Part shown: positions 14,030-24,932 of the stretch, in pieces
Numbering within the stretch: position 1 is the first letter of the stretch
How the letters are laid out: each line of letters starts with the position of its first letter
Source of the DNA: an uncultured Bifidobacterium sp.
GTDB lineage: Bacteria > Actinomycetota > Actinomycetes > Actinomycetales > Bifidobacteriaceae
Assembly: GCA_964417995.1 (NCBI GenBank)
Contig: CAYQJZ010000014.1
Coordinates: forward strand, 1-38,070
Direction: 5' to 3'
Length of the DNA stretch: 38,070 bases
The notes under the pieces: generated by a model
The model's database searches: none
Seen by the model: the letters and a program-made list of their open reading frames with translations, nothing else
What the model was told of the DNA's origin: nothing
Position numbers and translations under genes: made by a program

Positions 14030-17000
14030 ATGTACCCAGGGGTTCCGTCTGCGCTTAATCTGAAACACATGAACAGGCATGATGATGTAGCAACAGCATA
14101 CGACCGGCTTATAAGCAGCGATAAGCCGGGCACTTTGCTGGTGGCGGGGCTTCCGTGTAGCGGGAAAACACAATTTGCGTATACATCGCTACTTCGGGGA
14201 ATGCGTCGATTCGGTAGTGCTCATGCCATGATGACGGTGTCTGGACGTACGGCGGCAGACGAACTGAGCAATCGTGTTATCCGTGCGGTGGGAGCATCAT
14301 CTCAGGTTCGTCCAGTGAGCACGTTGTCAGCACTGGCTTTTCGAGTGATTGCCGATTCATGCGCTACCGCAGGAAATCCTGCTCCACATCTGCTCAACGG
14401 TGCCGAACAAGATGCTCTACTCAGACGAGTAGTAGGCGTACATCTCCAACATGCCGAATCTGGTGATATGTGCAGCACATGCATGTTGCTTCGGAACTAT
14501 TTTGCCAGTGACAATTGGGCGGAGACTGTCAACTCTGAGAGTGGAATGTCTGCGGGCAACGAGCAGACAGCATTAGCATTGTTTAGTAGGGGAGTGTCTT
14601 CAGCATTCATCGATCAGTTGCGAGATATGCTCGCACGAATTAATGAGTTGGGTGCGTCATTTAGTCAAGAAGAATCTCTTATTGCAATGCTGCATCAGTC
14701 TGAGCAGCAAACAGAGCGTACTGAGGTGCAATGGCGACTGGTGTTTGCTTTGCGACGTGAATATGTGGCAGCCATTAATGATTCTTACCCTGGTGAATAC
14801 CGTCTTGATTCTTCACGGCTGTTGGTAGAAGCAGAACTGGTAATAGCTCGTGGGCATCAGGATCTTCCTGCGGTATTAATTGTGGATGATTTTCAAGACA
14901 CTACATTGGCTGGGCTTCGCTTCTTGGAAGCATTAGGTACGGCAGGTGTTCGTTTGCTTCTGGTAGGTAATCCGGATGAAGCGGTGCAAACATTTCGCGG
15001 TTCATACCCGGAGCATCTGTTTTCTCGCGCACAGCATGGTGTTCTCCACGCTGATATGGTGCAGTTGGATGAATCATGGGGAACATGGTCTGAGGCAGAA
15101 GAGCATCATGTGGCTCATAGTGATCACAGTTATCGAGATGTGGTGACAGCGCGAGTGAGTCTATCCATTCCCTCACCAGAAGATGACGATATACCTTTGG
15201 TAAAGCGCCCATGGAAAGTCTCACCATGCGAGGGTGCCCTGCCTATAAAAGCGTTGCCTGAAAATTCTCCCCTTCTTAATGATGGCAGCGTGCAGACTGC
15301 AATATACCACTCTGCTCGCGAGGAACTTGACGATGTGGTATGGCGTATCAAACGCGCACATTTGGATGCTCATATTGACTGGAATGACATGGCGGTTATC
15401 GCTCATGACAATGCCACTGTGCGCACCTTCGGTGAACGATTACGCAGAGACGGAGTACCTGTACGCTACTCGTCAGTGAATCGTCCGTTAAAAGAAGAAC
15501 CTTTCGTTCAAGGATTATTCGCCTTGACAGAATTGGCGGATTTGCGGCGGCAGGGAATTAACGGAACCTCAATGTCGCTGGCTGTGACTGCGGCATATGT
15601 GCGCACTCGTGTCAGGTCGTTGATGGAAAGTTCCCTGGTGACCACTGGTCTACGGTCGGGTGAAGGTGGTTTGGCTCGATGGGAACCTATCGAATCAGCA
15701 ATGGCAACGCTTGCATCACTGTCAGGAATCATGGAAGCCCCACAGAATAGCAATAGCCGGGGGGAGTCTCATTCAGAAAAAGAATCGACATCAGTAAACG
15801 TTGCTCCAATGACTACCGACCGTGAGCCACCTCGTAACGATACGTCGCATATCGCTGCGTCAGGGCAGACAGGTAACGTTTCCAGCCGTTTGGAACAGCT
15901 TATTGACTCATGGGAACAATTACGTCACAGTGTAAAACTTGCCCGTAAGCTTAGCGTCAATGTCAATGGTGAAGAAAATTCTTTTACCGCCAAGAGTGAT
16001 GCCGGTATTCCACATGTGAATGTGGACGATCACCTTGTTGACAGTCAAGCCGCTATTGGCGACAATCTGCCGTTTAATACAGATGCACTACTCATCATGC
16101 TCGCTTTTGATAATCCTTTGGCACCAGCTTCTGACGTGCTTGCCGCCATTGTTGCTGTATTGGGTAGTAACTCGCAGGCTCGAGCTTTTACTCGCTTATG
16201 GGAGTTAGTAAACACAGTTTCCCGTAAATTAGAACATCTGGAAACAACAGAGCCTCACTATGTGCTGTCGCAGGTGTGGGAGGCAACTGGAGTAGCTCAG
16301 ACGTGGCAGAAAGAAGCGTTACGGAATACGCCGGAAGGTCGTGCGGCGAACGACAGGCTTGATGCTGCAATGCGATTGTTTCAATTCGCTGAAGAATCCG
16401 CTGGTTCAGGCCGTGACATTGTTTCTTTTATTACGCAAATGAGATCAATGCAGATTGAAGCAGATTCTCTTGCTCACATAGGACCAATTGAGCATGCTGT
16501 TACTTTGACTACACCGGCAGGCGCTGCAGGTCATCACTGGGAATACGTATGGTTGCCAGCAGTGCAACAAGACATTTGGCCGAATCTTGCTGAACGTAGC
16601 ACATTGTTCGGTGGAGAAGACCTTGCCGATATTATGCTGCGAGGCACGTTACCACAGAATGATTCTCCGTCCAGTCATGATCGTCGCTTGGTATCGGTTC
16701 TGTCCAGTGAAAAGAAAAGTTTGCTTGTTGCACTGACACGAGCACAGAAGGTTGTTTCTATCAGTGCGACATGGAATGACGATGTCCTGCCTTCTGATTT
16801 TCTCTATGGATACTTGCCAGAACACTACAGTAGGGATCACGCTTTCAGCGGCCGTATTACCAGCAGCAAATTAAATGGTCTCAACGGTACAGAAGAGACA
16901 AACAGTACGGAAGCGTTGCCAGAGCGTAACAATGACAATACGGGGTATGCCGGTCTGGATGCTGATCCACGAGGTTTAGTCACTGCCGCACGTATTGTGC

Positions 17001-18505
17001 TAGCGCGATACGGAACACAGACACCACAAGGACGTGACGCCGCTGCATCTCTTGCTTTGCTAGCTCAACATGGCGTAGCTTGCGCAAATCCCAATAATTG
17101 GGCATTCCCAGGTAAGAACACAGAAACAGCTACCACAGGTGAAAGCAAAGCTGAGAATACTACAGGCAGCAGTACTGTCAACAGCCATCAGTCGTCAGCA
17201 GTAGTTGTTGACCACCAGCACAAGAGTGGGCAGACATCTCCAACAAACAGTGAACTGATAACGCTTCACACATCGTCATCGGCTGACAACACTACACCAG
17301 TTGTCTCATTATCATCGTCCGCCGTGGATCGTATCTGGGAGTGCCCAGTGTGCTGGATGCTAGAGAATCGTTTAGCCGGACCACAAGCTGGATCAGCATC
17401 TACATCCTTTGGCACAGTGATTCACAAGGTTGCACAGATCGGTAGTGAAGAAGGATTAGATCGCACAGATTTTATGCCAGACGCTACTGAAACGGCACGT
17501 ATAGACGCAGCAACACAACGCTTGCACCGTATTTATGAAGAGATAAAGACTGATTGGGCATCTTTCACAAATCCACAGCAGCAATACGCAGCAATGCAAA
17601 AAGATACAGATGCCGATACCGTGCTGGGCAATATCGCCTCATATTTTGTACAAAGCAGAGATGGTAGCGACATATATCTTGCAAGGAACGCTAAGAATAC
17701 TCATATCGGCACACTTGAACAGGTTGAATGCGAACGAGAATTCAATGCGCGGTTCGACCTCAACGACGTTCTTCGCGCGTATTGTGCAATACCCGAGGTA
17801 AAGCCAATCAGGCGTGAGGAACTTTCTGCCATCATGGGATATTTGGTTGGTGGCTGGCCTGAAGGTATGCATAGCGACTTGGTGATTCGTCTTTCTGGAC
17901 GTATCGATCGTATGGAACACCGTCGTCAGAAAGACGGCAGCGAAACTATACGATTGATTGACTACAAAACCGGGGGAAAGTTCAGCACATTGCAAATGAG
18001 CAACGACTTGCAATTGGTGTGCTACCAGCTGGGATTAGCCTTCTCTGAAACCAAACAATCTGATGAATCATTATCAGCAATGCCATGCATTACTCAAAGT
18101 GATTTATTCTTTGTCAAGAACCATAGTGCGCCAGCATATAGTTATGCTCCGGAGGGTGCATTTCAACCGCCCTTATTTGTTAATAATTCACTTAACGCAA
18201 CATCTTTTACAGCACGTTCCCATTACACGAAGATGACAGATATCTTGGATATTCCAGATTTGCCATCGACACCCCCCGATGGAGTGAGCACCAGTGCATG
18301 GGAAAATCTTCTTTCCCTGCGCGGTACCCAAGCTATTTGGGCCTTAACAATGATTGCGCGAGTGTTCTACGCCGGGGCGGCAAAAAATTCACACACCTTG
18401 ACCGCACACCCCACAGAAACGCATATAAAGCATTGCCGGATGCGAGATGTCTGCCCTGCCTGTGCTGGACAGATTGACACTGTATACGAAACGAGGCAGG
18501 CATGA
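14030..18505 (+). CDS. adnA: AdnA-like subunit: degenerate UvrD-type helicase plus PD-(D/E)xK RecB-family nuclease
   Basis: GLPCSGKT, VDDFQD (Walker B D-D), GNPDEAVQTFRG, VALTRA; nuclease GRIDR...IDYKTG, QLVCY; Cys cluster. ATGA overlap with the next gene. Confidence 0.85.
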   Translation: MYPGVPSALNLKHMNRHDDVATAYDRLISSDKPGTLLVAGLPCSGKTQFAYTSLLRGMRRFGSAHAMMTVSGRTAADELSNRVIRAVGASSQVRPVSTLSALAFRVIADSCATAGNPAPHLLNGAEQDALLRRVVGVHLQHAESGDMCSTCMLLRNYFASDNWAETVNSESGMSAGNEQTALALFSRGVSSAFIDQLRDMLARINELGASFSQEESLIAMLHQSEQQTERTEVQWRLVFALRREYVAAINDSYPGEYRLDSSRLLVEAELVIARGHQDLPAVLIVDDFQDTTLAGLRFLEALGTAGVRLLLVGNPDEAVQTFRGSYPEHLFSRAQHGVLHADMVQLDESWGTWSEAEEHHVAHSDHSYRDVVTARVSLSIPSPEDDDIPLVKRPWKVSPCEGALPIKALPENSPLLNDGSVQTAIYHSAREELDDVVWRIKRAHLDAHIDWNDMAVIAHDNATVRTFGERLRRDGVPVRYSSVNRPLKEEPFVQGLFALTELADLRRQGINGTSMSLAVTAAYVRTRVRSLMESSLVTTGLRSGEGGLARWEPIESAMATLASLSGIMEAPQNSNSRGESHSEKESTSVNVAPMTTDREPPRNDTSHIAASGQTGNVSSRLEQLIDSWEQLRHSVKLARKLSVNVNGEENSFTAKSDAGIPHVNVDDHLVDSQAAIGDNLPFNTDALLIMLAFDNPLAPASDVLAAIVAVLGSNSQARAFTRLWELVNTVSRKLEHLETTEPHYVLSQVWEATGVAQTWQKEALRNTPEGRAANDRLDAAMRLFQFAEESAGSGRDIVSFITQMRSMQIEADSLAHIGPIEHAVTLTTPAGAAGHHWEYVWLPAVQQDIWPNLAERSTLFGGEDLADIMLRGTLPQNDSPSSHDRRLVSVLSSEKKSLLVALTRAQKVVSISATWNDDVLPSDFLYGYLPEHYSRDHAFSGRITSSKLNGLNGTEETNSTEALPERNNDNTGYAGLDADPRGLVTAARIVLARYGTQTPQGRDAAASLALLAQHGVACANPNNWAFPGKNTETATTGESKAENTTGSSTVNSHQSSAVVVDHQHKSGQTSPTNSELITLHTSSSADNTTPVVSLSSSAVDRIWECPVCWMLENRLAGPQAGSASTSFGTVIHKVAQIGSEEGLDRTDFMPDATETARIDAATQRLHRIYEEIKTDWASFTNPQQQYAAMQKDTDADTVLGNIASYFVQSRDGSDIYLARNAKNTHIGTLEQVECEREFNARFDLNDVLRAYCAIPEVKPIRREELSAIMGYLVGGWPEGMHSDLVIRLSGRIDRMEHRRQKDGSETIRLIDYKTGGKFSTLQMSNDLQLVCYQLGLAFSETKQSDESLSAMPCITQSDLFFVKNHSAPAYSYAPEGAFQPPLFVNNSLNATSFTARSHYTKMTDILDIPDLPSTPPDGVSTSAWENLLSLRGTQAIWALTMIARVFYAGAAKNSHTLTAHPTETHIKHCRMRDVCPACAGQIDTVYETRQA

Positions 18506-21500
18506 AAGCAGATGTTAACCGACCCAGCCCTGAGCAAGAACGCGTGATCACAGCTCCAACTGATGACGATGTACTTGTTGTCGCCGGAGCAGGATCAGGG
18601 AAAACATATACGATGACGCGCCGCATCATCAACCTCATCAATAACGGTGTTGCCCCAGAGCGTATACTTGGACTGACTTTCACACGTAAAGCGGCAGGCG
18701 AACTGCTGAACCGTGTATCTTCTGCAGTAGCCAGCGCCGACAGTGAACCACACAGCAGTGATTCAGAACGTATGTTTCTTAAACCAGCGGTTTATACATA
18801 CGATTCTTTTTTCCAAACAATTGTGCGTCAGTATGGATTGCTTGTTGGTTTTGATCACAACACACAACCACTCAGCGAAGCAGGAGCTATTCAATTAGCA
18901 ACCGATGTTGTTGCACAGAACATATCAACAATCAGAGCTGCAGGTCGACATGATGTTACTTTGAGTACATTAGCTGACCGTGTGCGGGGCTTGTCTGGAG
19001 CTATTGGCAGCACCATGATTGGTGGAGATTGTGACAATTATGACGATGCCATTACGCGAATACGTGACTGGGACGATGCTTTTATTAACCGTTTGACCGC
19101 AGTTATTGGTGATGAACAAATTCCAGAAAAAAAGCCCAGTTTACCTGGAAAGCCCAAGCGAGGGAAACGTGATACTGAAGACAAGTGGCAAAAGAGACTT
19201 GAAGACTACCATTCAGATTGGAACAAAAAAAGCCACGAACTCTGTCTATCTACGTGTAATGAATTACGGGAAAAAACTCAGTATCGGAATTTTCTTCTCG
19301 ATCTTGTCAGCGAGTATGTGAATGAAAAACAGCGTCGCAATATGGCCGAATTTAGTGATTTCACTATTGCTGCCTACCAGTTGGTTACACGGTTCCCGTC
19401 TATTGGACAACGTTATCGTGCACGATTCAGTCATGTATTGCTCGATGAATATCAAGACACGTCCACCACACAAGCTGAGCTGATTGCCGCACTATTCCAT
19501 CCGGAAGAACATAAACCTGGCACTGCAAACACTACTGGCAGTAAAGGTGGTATCCATCGCAGTGCTGTTACTGCTGTGGGTGATCCTTTCCAATCGATTT
19601 ATGCGTGGCGAGGTGCCAGTCCTGGTGCCTTTCGTATGTTCCAACATGACTTCCACATGCCATTAAACTCGCATCCTTACGCGTTAAGTGTTACTCGCCG
19701 AAATTCACGCATCGTATTGGAGGTCGCCAATAATTTAACACAGCCACTACGGCGGAATGAACGGAGTTGCAGTAGTTCCTTGATGGAAGAAGTTGATGTT
19801 GCGTCATTAAGTGCTTGTGACGATCGCCTTGGCACAATTGGTGTACTCGCGTATGACACACTCGGACAGGAAATTGATGCTGTTACACGCTTTTGTCAAA
19901 AAGCAATCAAGCGTAATACGCGCCACAATGCTGACGGCACCGTGCATCAAGGAACAGTTGCCGTACTATTCCGAGCAAAAACGCATATGTACGAGTACCA
20001 AGATGCGTTAGAAAAAGCCGGTTTGACAACATTAGTAGTGGGACACTCTGCTTTACTGGAACGCCCAGAAATTAAAGATTTACTAGCACTATTGCACGTT
20101 GTTACAGACCATGCCGATACTGCCGCATTGATGCGTTTACTTGCTACCCCACGGTTCCAGTTATCAGAAGAAGAATTGAGTGAGCTTGCGCATTTGGCAG
20201 ATCAGGCCAACTGTGAGGCACAATTCCATGCTCTTATTGAAGCAGGGCTTGCTGATGCTGAAACGCCGCGTAGTATTTGGGCTGACATTGTGCGCACACA
20301 TCGAAATGATGTTGCTAATTCGGTATTCCTTGCGGATCTCTTGGTCAGTGATGATCTTGAATGTCGGCTCGAACAGAGCCCGACAATATCAGAACAAGCG
20401 CGGCACAGCATACGGCGTTTAAGCACCATAGTGCACAATGTTCACGAGGCCAACAACAGATCGCTAACAGATGTCGTTCGCACAGCTGTTTACGCCTTGG
20501 ATCTTGACATCGACACTGTGGTCGCGCAAGCAATACGGAACGACAACACAGCAGTGAACCCCAGCGCTGCCCGTATGCCCATGGACATGATTATCAACCT
20601 TGTTGATACTTATACGAGTGAGATTGCGACGGGAGAAACACCCACACTGCATGGATTTATAACGTGGGTAGATGGATACCGCACTATAGAAGAAGAGTCT
20701 GAATCAACGCATGACAATACTCAAGTCGATGTTGAGCTAATGACCATCCACCAATCCAAAGGACTCGAATGGGATGCTGTCGCCATTGTTGGCGTGTCAG
20801 AAGGCGCTTTCCCCGCTGGAAAACAGAGCAGTCTTAAAATCTGTTGCGATGAAAACCACCCTGGTGGGCGAGACGATCACGGCAAGTGGAATGCACCAGA
20901 ATACAAAGAAACAGCATCCACATGGTTGACCACACCAACTGCAGTACCTGTTCCTGTACGCGTAGACGCCAGCATCCTGCCTAGATTCCCCCATAATGCT
21001 CCAGTTGGTAGTAACCCCTTATCGGCATTAGAGCTGCTCAACAGTGTTGAACAGATTGACGACGAGGTGTATGGCTCCTTACGCTCAGACGGAGACGAAG
21101 GAGACGACAGAGAAAATACCTACTCTAACAGCGAATATCTCACTCAAAAGGAAGAATACGGCAGGAGATTGCACGCCGACGAACGGCGTCTCGCCTACGT
21201 AGCTCTTACACGCGCTCGCAATGATGCTCTAATTACGTACAGCAGAGAAAAAGACCTTAGCCGAAACCCGCTGTCAACTTCAGGTAAAGACAATAAAGCC
21301 AGTACAAACAATAAAAAGAGCACTACGGAAAAAGGCGCATCGATTTTCTGGCAAGAGATTCATGATTCGATGCATACACGTGCTGATGCTGCGCATAAGC
21401 CCAGTAACTTAGATGCGGTAACCCTTTCTCGTATCAATACAGAAGTGGAAGCGAGTAACAACGAGTCAGCAGACAACGATTCCACTGCTTTTCCCAATAC

Positions 21501-22752
21501 TGTCTCCGACGTTACTGGTTCTTTAGCGCAGTTACCTAAAGGATTCTTTGCTGGAGATTATGCACAAGAATATGAGAATGCCGTTGTTGGTGACGCATGC
21601 TTGGAACCAATTCCTGAGAACAACGACAGCACAGTATTGCCCTGGCCCAGCGAATTAAGTGAGTCTGTTCGCCGACGTTTGGATGATAGTGCAGACGCCG
21701 TGCACGCATTGTTAAGCAGCGATGATTTTGTATCAACGTCTACTTCAACGTTGAGTAACAGTAATGGGCTTAGTAACAGCAATGGGTTGAGCAACAGTAA
21801 TAGTTTCAGTGATGAGAATACTGTTGTCTGTGACTATGAGGCGGGAGTGCGCAGCGAATCAACGAGTCTTCTTACGTTGACGCGCATGCTTATTAACGAT
21901 GACGATCTTATGAACGGAACCTTAGACGATGCTTCTCTTGACCAGGCAGTAAAAGAGAAAGCCCAACGAATCATTAGCGGCCGTCGGCACAGTGTTACTG
22001 GATTGCAGGCAGCAGCAGGTGGAATGAACGAACGCGAAGAAAAAGCCTACTGGCGAAGCATTGTACGTCCAATTCCCCATGTCGTTTCGCCGTCTGCATC
22101 TTACGGTACACGCATGCACGAGTGGGCAGAGCAATTCCTCACCGCAGGCATGAGCAGCGCCGATATAGACAACGGCACAGTGGTGACACGACAAACACTT
22201 CTTGATGACCTCAAGCAGGAAGAACAACGCATCGCTCAATCATCAACCGGCAATGACGTAGAACGCCGCCTTGTTGTTTGGCAGCGGCGACTGGCAGAAT
22301 CCCGGTGGGCGCAGCGCGACCTGGTGTGGGCTGAACGACAAATTGTCATTTCGATTCCACAAATGAACGGTGCTATCGTGAACGGCAAGCTGGACGCGGT
22401 ATTCCGTGGTGGACTTAGCGATGGCGACCTATCTACAAATACCAACACAAGCACCAATACAGGTATCGATACAGGTACCAATACAACAGCGGAATATACG
22501 ATTGTGGACTGGAAAACAGGTCATCGCCCTAATAGTCCTGACGATGTTTCCCGTAAACTTATCCAACTTGATTTGTATCGGTTACTGCTGGCTACGGTTG
22601 AAGGAATTCCTTTAAGTAGTATCGATGCAACACTGTATTACCTGAGTGAGAAAGACGAGAGTATGCGTGAAATACATGCTCCCCAAAAGTCGTTGGAAGA
22701 GATTCTCTCCGAATTGAAAAACAGTATCCCTGAACAATCTAACGACGATTAA
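18502..22752 (+). CDS. adnB: AdnB-like subunit: ATP-dependent UvrD-type helicase plus RecB-family nuclease
   Basis: AGAGSGKT, TFTRKAA, LDEYQD, VGDPFQSIYAWRG, TIHQSKGLEW, YVALTRA; nuclease GKLD...VDWKTG, QLDLY. Confidence 0.9.
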   Translation: MKADVNRPSPEQERVITAPTDDDVLVVAGAGSGKTYTMTRRIINLINNGVAPERILGLTFTRKAAGELLNRVSSAVASADSEPHSSDSERMFLKPAVYTYDSFFQTIVRQYGLLVGFDHNTQPLSEAGAIQLATDVVAQNISTIRAAGRHDVTLSTLADRVRGLSGAIGSTMIGGDCDNYDDAITRIRDWDDAFINRLTAVIGDEQIPEKKPSLPGKPKRGKRDTEDKWQKRLEDYHSDWNKKSHELCLSTCNELREKTQYRNFLLDLVSEYVNEKQRRNMAEFSDFTIAAYQLVTRFPSIGQRYRARFSHVLLDEYQDTSTTQAELIAALFHPEEHKPGTANTTGSKGGIHRSAVTAVGDPFQSIYAWRGASPGAFRMFQHDFHMPLNSHPYALSVTRRNSRIVLEVANNLTQPLRRNERSCSSSLMEEVDVASLSACDDRLGTIGVLAYDTLGQEIDAVTRFCQKAIKRNTRHNADGTVHQGTVAVLFRAKTHMYEYQDALEKAGLTTLVVGHSALLERPEIKDLLALLHVVTDHADTAALMRLLATPRFQLSEEELSELAHLADQANCEAQFHALIEAGLADAETPRSIWADIVRTHRNDVANSVFLADLLVSDDLECRLEQSPTISEQARHSIRRLSTIVHNVHEANNRSLTDVVRTAVYALDLDIDTVVAQAIRNDNTAVNPSAARMPMDMIINLVDTYTSEIATGETPTLHGFITWVDGYRTIEEESESTHDNTQVDVELMTIHQSKGLEWDAVAIVGVSEGAFPAGKQSSLKICCDENHPGGRDDHGKWNAPEYKETASTWLTTPTAVPVPVRVDASILPRFPHNAPVGSNPLSALELLNSVEQIDDEVYGSLRSDGDEGDDRENTYSNSEYLTQKEEYGRRLHADERRLAYVALTRARNDALITYSREKDLSRNPLSTSGKDNKASTNNKKSTTEKGASIFWQEIHDSMHTRADAAHKPSNLDAVTLSRINTEVEASNNESADNDSTAFPNTVSDVTGSLAQLPKGFFAGDYAQEYENAVVGDACLEPIPENNDSTVLPWPSELSESVRRRLDDSADAVHALLSSDDFVSTSTSTLSNSNGLSNSNGLSNSNSFSDENTVVCDYEAGVRSESTSLLTLTRMLINDDDLMNGTLDDASLDQAVKEKAQRIISGRRHSVTGLQAAAGGMNEREEKAYWRSIVRPIPHVVSPSASYGTRMHEWAEQFLTAGMSSADIDNGTVVTRQTLLDDLKQEEQRIAQSSTGNDVERRLVVWQRRLAESRWAQRDLVWAERQIVISIPQMNGAIVNGKLDAVFRGGLSDGDLSTNTNTSTNTGIDTGTNTTAEYTIVDWKTGHRPNSPDDVSRKLIQLDLYRLLLATVEGIPLSSIDATLYYLSEKDESMREIHAPQKSLEEILSELKNSIPEQSNDD
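21751..21801 (+). repeat. In-frame 18-bp tandem repeat (LSNSNG x ~3) within adnB
   Basis: TTGAGTAACAGTAATGGG CTTAGTAACAGCAATGGG TTGAGCAACAGTAAT. Confidence 0.85.
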
Positions 22753-22779
22753 TAGCTCATGCAGCTATGCAGTGAAAGC

Positions 22780-22913
22780 GCTGGTAATGCACGTTGCTAA
22801 TGGTAATGCACGCTAGTAATGGCCATACACGCTGGTAATAGCAGCCCTAGTAATGCGGAAACTAATGCGAAAGGAATGCGAGGGAAATGCCAGAGAAATG
22901 CGAAAGGAATGCC
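22780..22913. repeat. Degenerate minisatellite: CTRGTAAT units grading into 11-bp AATGCGAAAGG-type units
   Basis: AATGCGAAAGG, AATGCGAGGGA, AATGCCAGAGA, AATGCGAAAGG at 22864-22907. Confidence 0.75.
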
Positions 22914-23216
22914 GGGGTGTAGACCAACCCAATGGCCGCGCACTAACAGGAAAATACTGTGTGGCTAACGGTAGGGTAATGGTGATTGACGATAGGGTAA
23001 TGGTTCGCGTCGCATACAGAACTTGAACTTAACAATATGGCAACAGTTCAGGTGGTAATGCGACAGTTCGCCTTACATACAGAAAAAGTTCAGAGAATCC
23101 TGTGATGAATTCACAGCTTGGTACACCGTGAACGTACCGATTACACGGATGCGATGTGTAGGGTGGATGAGCATGAGTTGGACAGTAAAAGGTATAGGCA
23201 AAGGATACATAGGCAT

Positions 23217-23903
23217 ATGAGTATTGAGCAGAATACGATCACTAGTACGCCATCTAATACATCGACACAAGTAACTTATCGGCCCGTCACATGGGATGAT
23301 ATTGACGCTATTGCCACGGAATTTGACAAGATGTGGGGATTCCACGATAGCGGTGGTAACAAGGCGGATTCACTGGTAGTATCCCGGCGTCAGGTCTTAC
23401 ATTATCTCGTTCCAGCCACACACGGCGATGTTGCTGAACTGAATGGCGAATTCATGGGTATTCTTATTACCCGCATCGAAGGTAAACCCTTAATATTCCC
23501 TGACGCCAAGCACGAACTGGACCGTTGCGACAAGGAGATTCGTCACAACGGCAGCACACACGCCAACCAGTATCTGGATGTGGTACTGCATACGCGTGCA
23601 CTTGAAGACAACATGGAACACGATTCCGGTATTAACGACAATACGCAAGGTGAAGTGGAATTATTCCTCGTGGCGCAGAAAGCGCGCGGACACGGCGTTG
23701 GAGGTACGCTATGGCGCCGCGCACAGAAACGCTTTACTGACGGAGATGTGTCAAGTTTCTATCTGCATACCGATTCGACATGCGATTTCAGTTTCTATGA
23801 GCACCAGGGAATGCATTGCGTTGCACAGCATTACACCAAAGACCATCCTGAAGATGAGATTTTGAAGGATGACATTTTCATTTACGCCGACACTATTGCC
23901 TAG
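23217..23903 (+). CDS. GNAT family N-acetyltransferase
   Basis: Acetyl-CoA motif VAQKARGHGVGGTL and FYEHQG. ATG 23217 follows AAAGGA. Confidence 0.85.
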   Translation: MSIEQNTITSTPSNTSTQVTYRPVTWDDIDAIATEFDKMWGFHDSGGNKADSLVVSRRQVLHYLVPATHGDVAELNGEFMGILITRIEGKPLIFPDAKHELDRCDKEIRHNGSTHANQYLDVVLHTRALEDNMEHDSGINDNTQGEVELFLVAQKARGHGVGGTLWRRAQKRFTDGDVSSFYLHTDSTCDFSFYEHQGMHCVAQHYTKDHPEDEILKDDIFIYADTIA

Positions 23904-23953
23904 TAAAACGGTCAGTACGCAATTGTGTAAATAGCACATGCAAGGAGGAACAC

Positions 23954-24706
23954 ATGGTCAGGGTTTCTGTTGTTGGCGCCCAAGGGCGTATGGGATCTCA
24001 TGTAGTCGCAGCGGTAAACGCGGCGGACGATATGGAACTGGCATTGACACTTGACGCCGGAGACGATGTAACTACCATTACGCCAGAAAACACGGATGTC
24101 GCTGTCGAATTCACCGTGCCATCAGCTGCACTTGACAACGTTCTGGCACTGATCAGTCAGGGCGTTAACGTTGTGGTTGGTACAACTGGCTGGACCGATG
24201 AACGCCTTGATGCAGTACGCCAAGCATTAGCCGCCGCACCCCGCAAAGATCAGAGCGTATTCATTGCGCCAAACTTTGCAATCTCTGCAGTACTGGCAGA
24301 CCATTTTGCTGCACTTGCTGCACCGTACTTTGAATCCGCTGAGGTTATTGAACTTCACCATCCCAACAAAGTGGATGCACCCTCCGGCACTGCAATTCAC
24401 ACTGCACAAGGCATCGCCAAGGCACGCCGTCAAGCCGGACTTGGCTCTGTGCCAGACAACACTCAGACAGACGGCGGTTCTCGCGGCCAAGATATTGACG
24501 GCATTCATGTTCATGCTGTGCGCCTTCGGGGTTTAAACGCTCACGAAGAAGTACTTATGGGCAATGAAGGCGAACAGCTAACAATCCGTGCTGACAGTTT
24601 TGACCGCGTTTCTTTCATGCCTGGTGTCTTGCTCGCTGTACGTAAGCTCGCTTCCGGTGATTATGAAGGTTTGACCGTCGGTCTTGACCAGTTCCTTGAT
24701 CTGTAA
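23954..24706 (+). CDS. dapB: 4-hydroxy-tetrahydrodipicolinate reductase
   Basis: GAQGRMG, GTTG, ELHHPNKVDAPSGTA; RBS AAGGAGG. Confidence 0.97.
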   Translation: MVRVSVVGAQGRMGSHVVAAVNAADDMELALTLDAGDDVTTITPENTDVAVEFTVPSAALDNVLALISQGVNVVVGTTGWTDERLDAVRQALAAAPRKDQSVFIAPNFAISAVLADHFAALAAPYFESAEVIELHHPNKVDAPSGTAIHTAQGIAKARRQAGLGSVPDNTQTDGGSRGQDIDGIHVHAVRLRGLNAHEEVLMGNEGEQLTIRADSFDRVSFMPGVLLAVRKLASGDYEGLTVGLDQFLDL

Positions 24707-24932
24707 ATTCTGTAAATTCCGTGCAGAACTCCGCGCATAAAAGCCACGTGCCGGTTAACGTCGCGTAGTAATGCGGAATTAGCGGGAATAGGAATTAGCA
24801 GGGGATTGGTGCAATGACTCTGCCGGCCTGTTCAACTAGCGAAAAAAGTAAACAGAACACAGCCATGTCGTCGGTGAAAAACGTGATATTTGAGTAGCGT
24901 GGCGTCCCATAGACGAAGTACGGTTGACTGTT

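Noticed and set aside
14030-22752. Helicase-nuclease pair as an anti-phage defence or Cas3/Cas4 system
   Set aside because: Motif asymmetry, translational coupling and housekeeping context fit the AdnAB repair complex.
23904-24932. Lysine riboswitch near dapB/dapA
   Set aside because: Only 50 bp precede dapB, and no recognisable L-box consensus lies before dapA.
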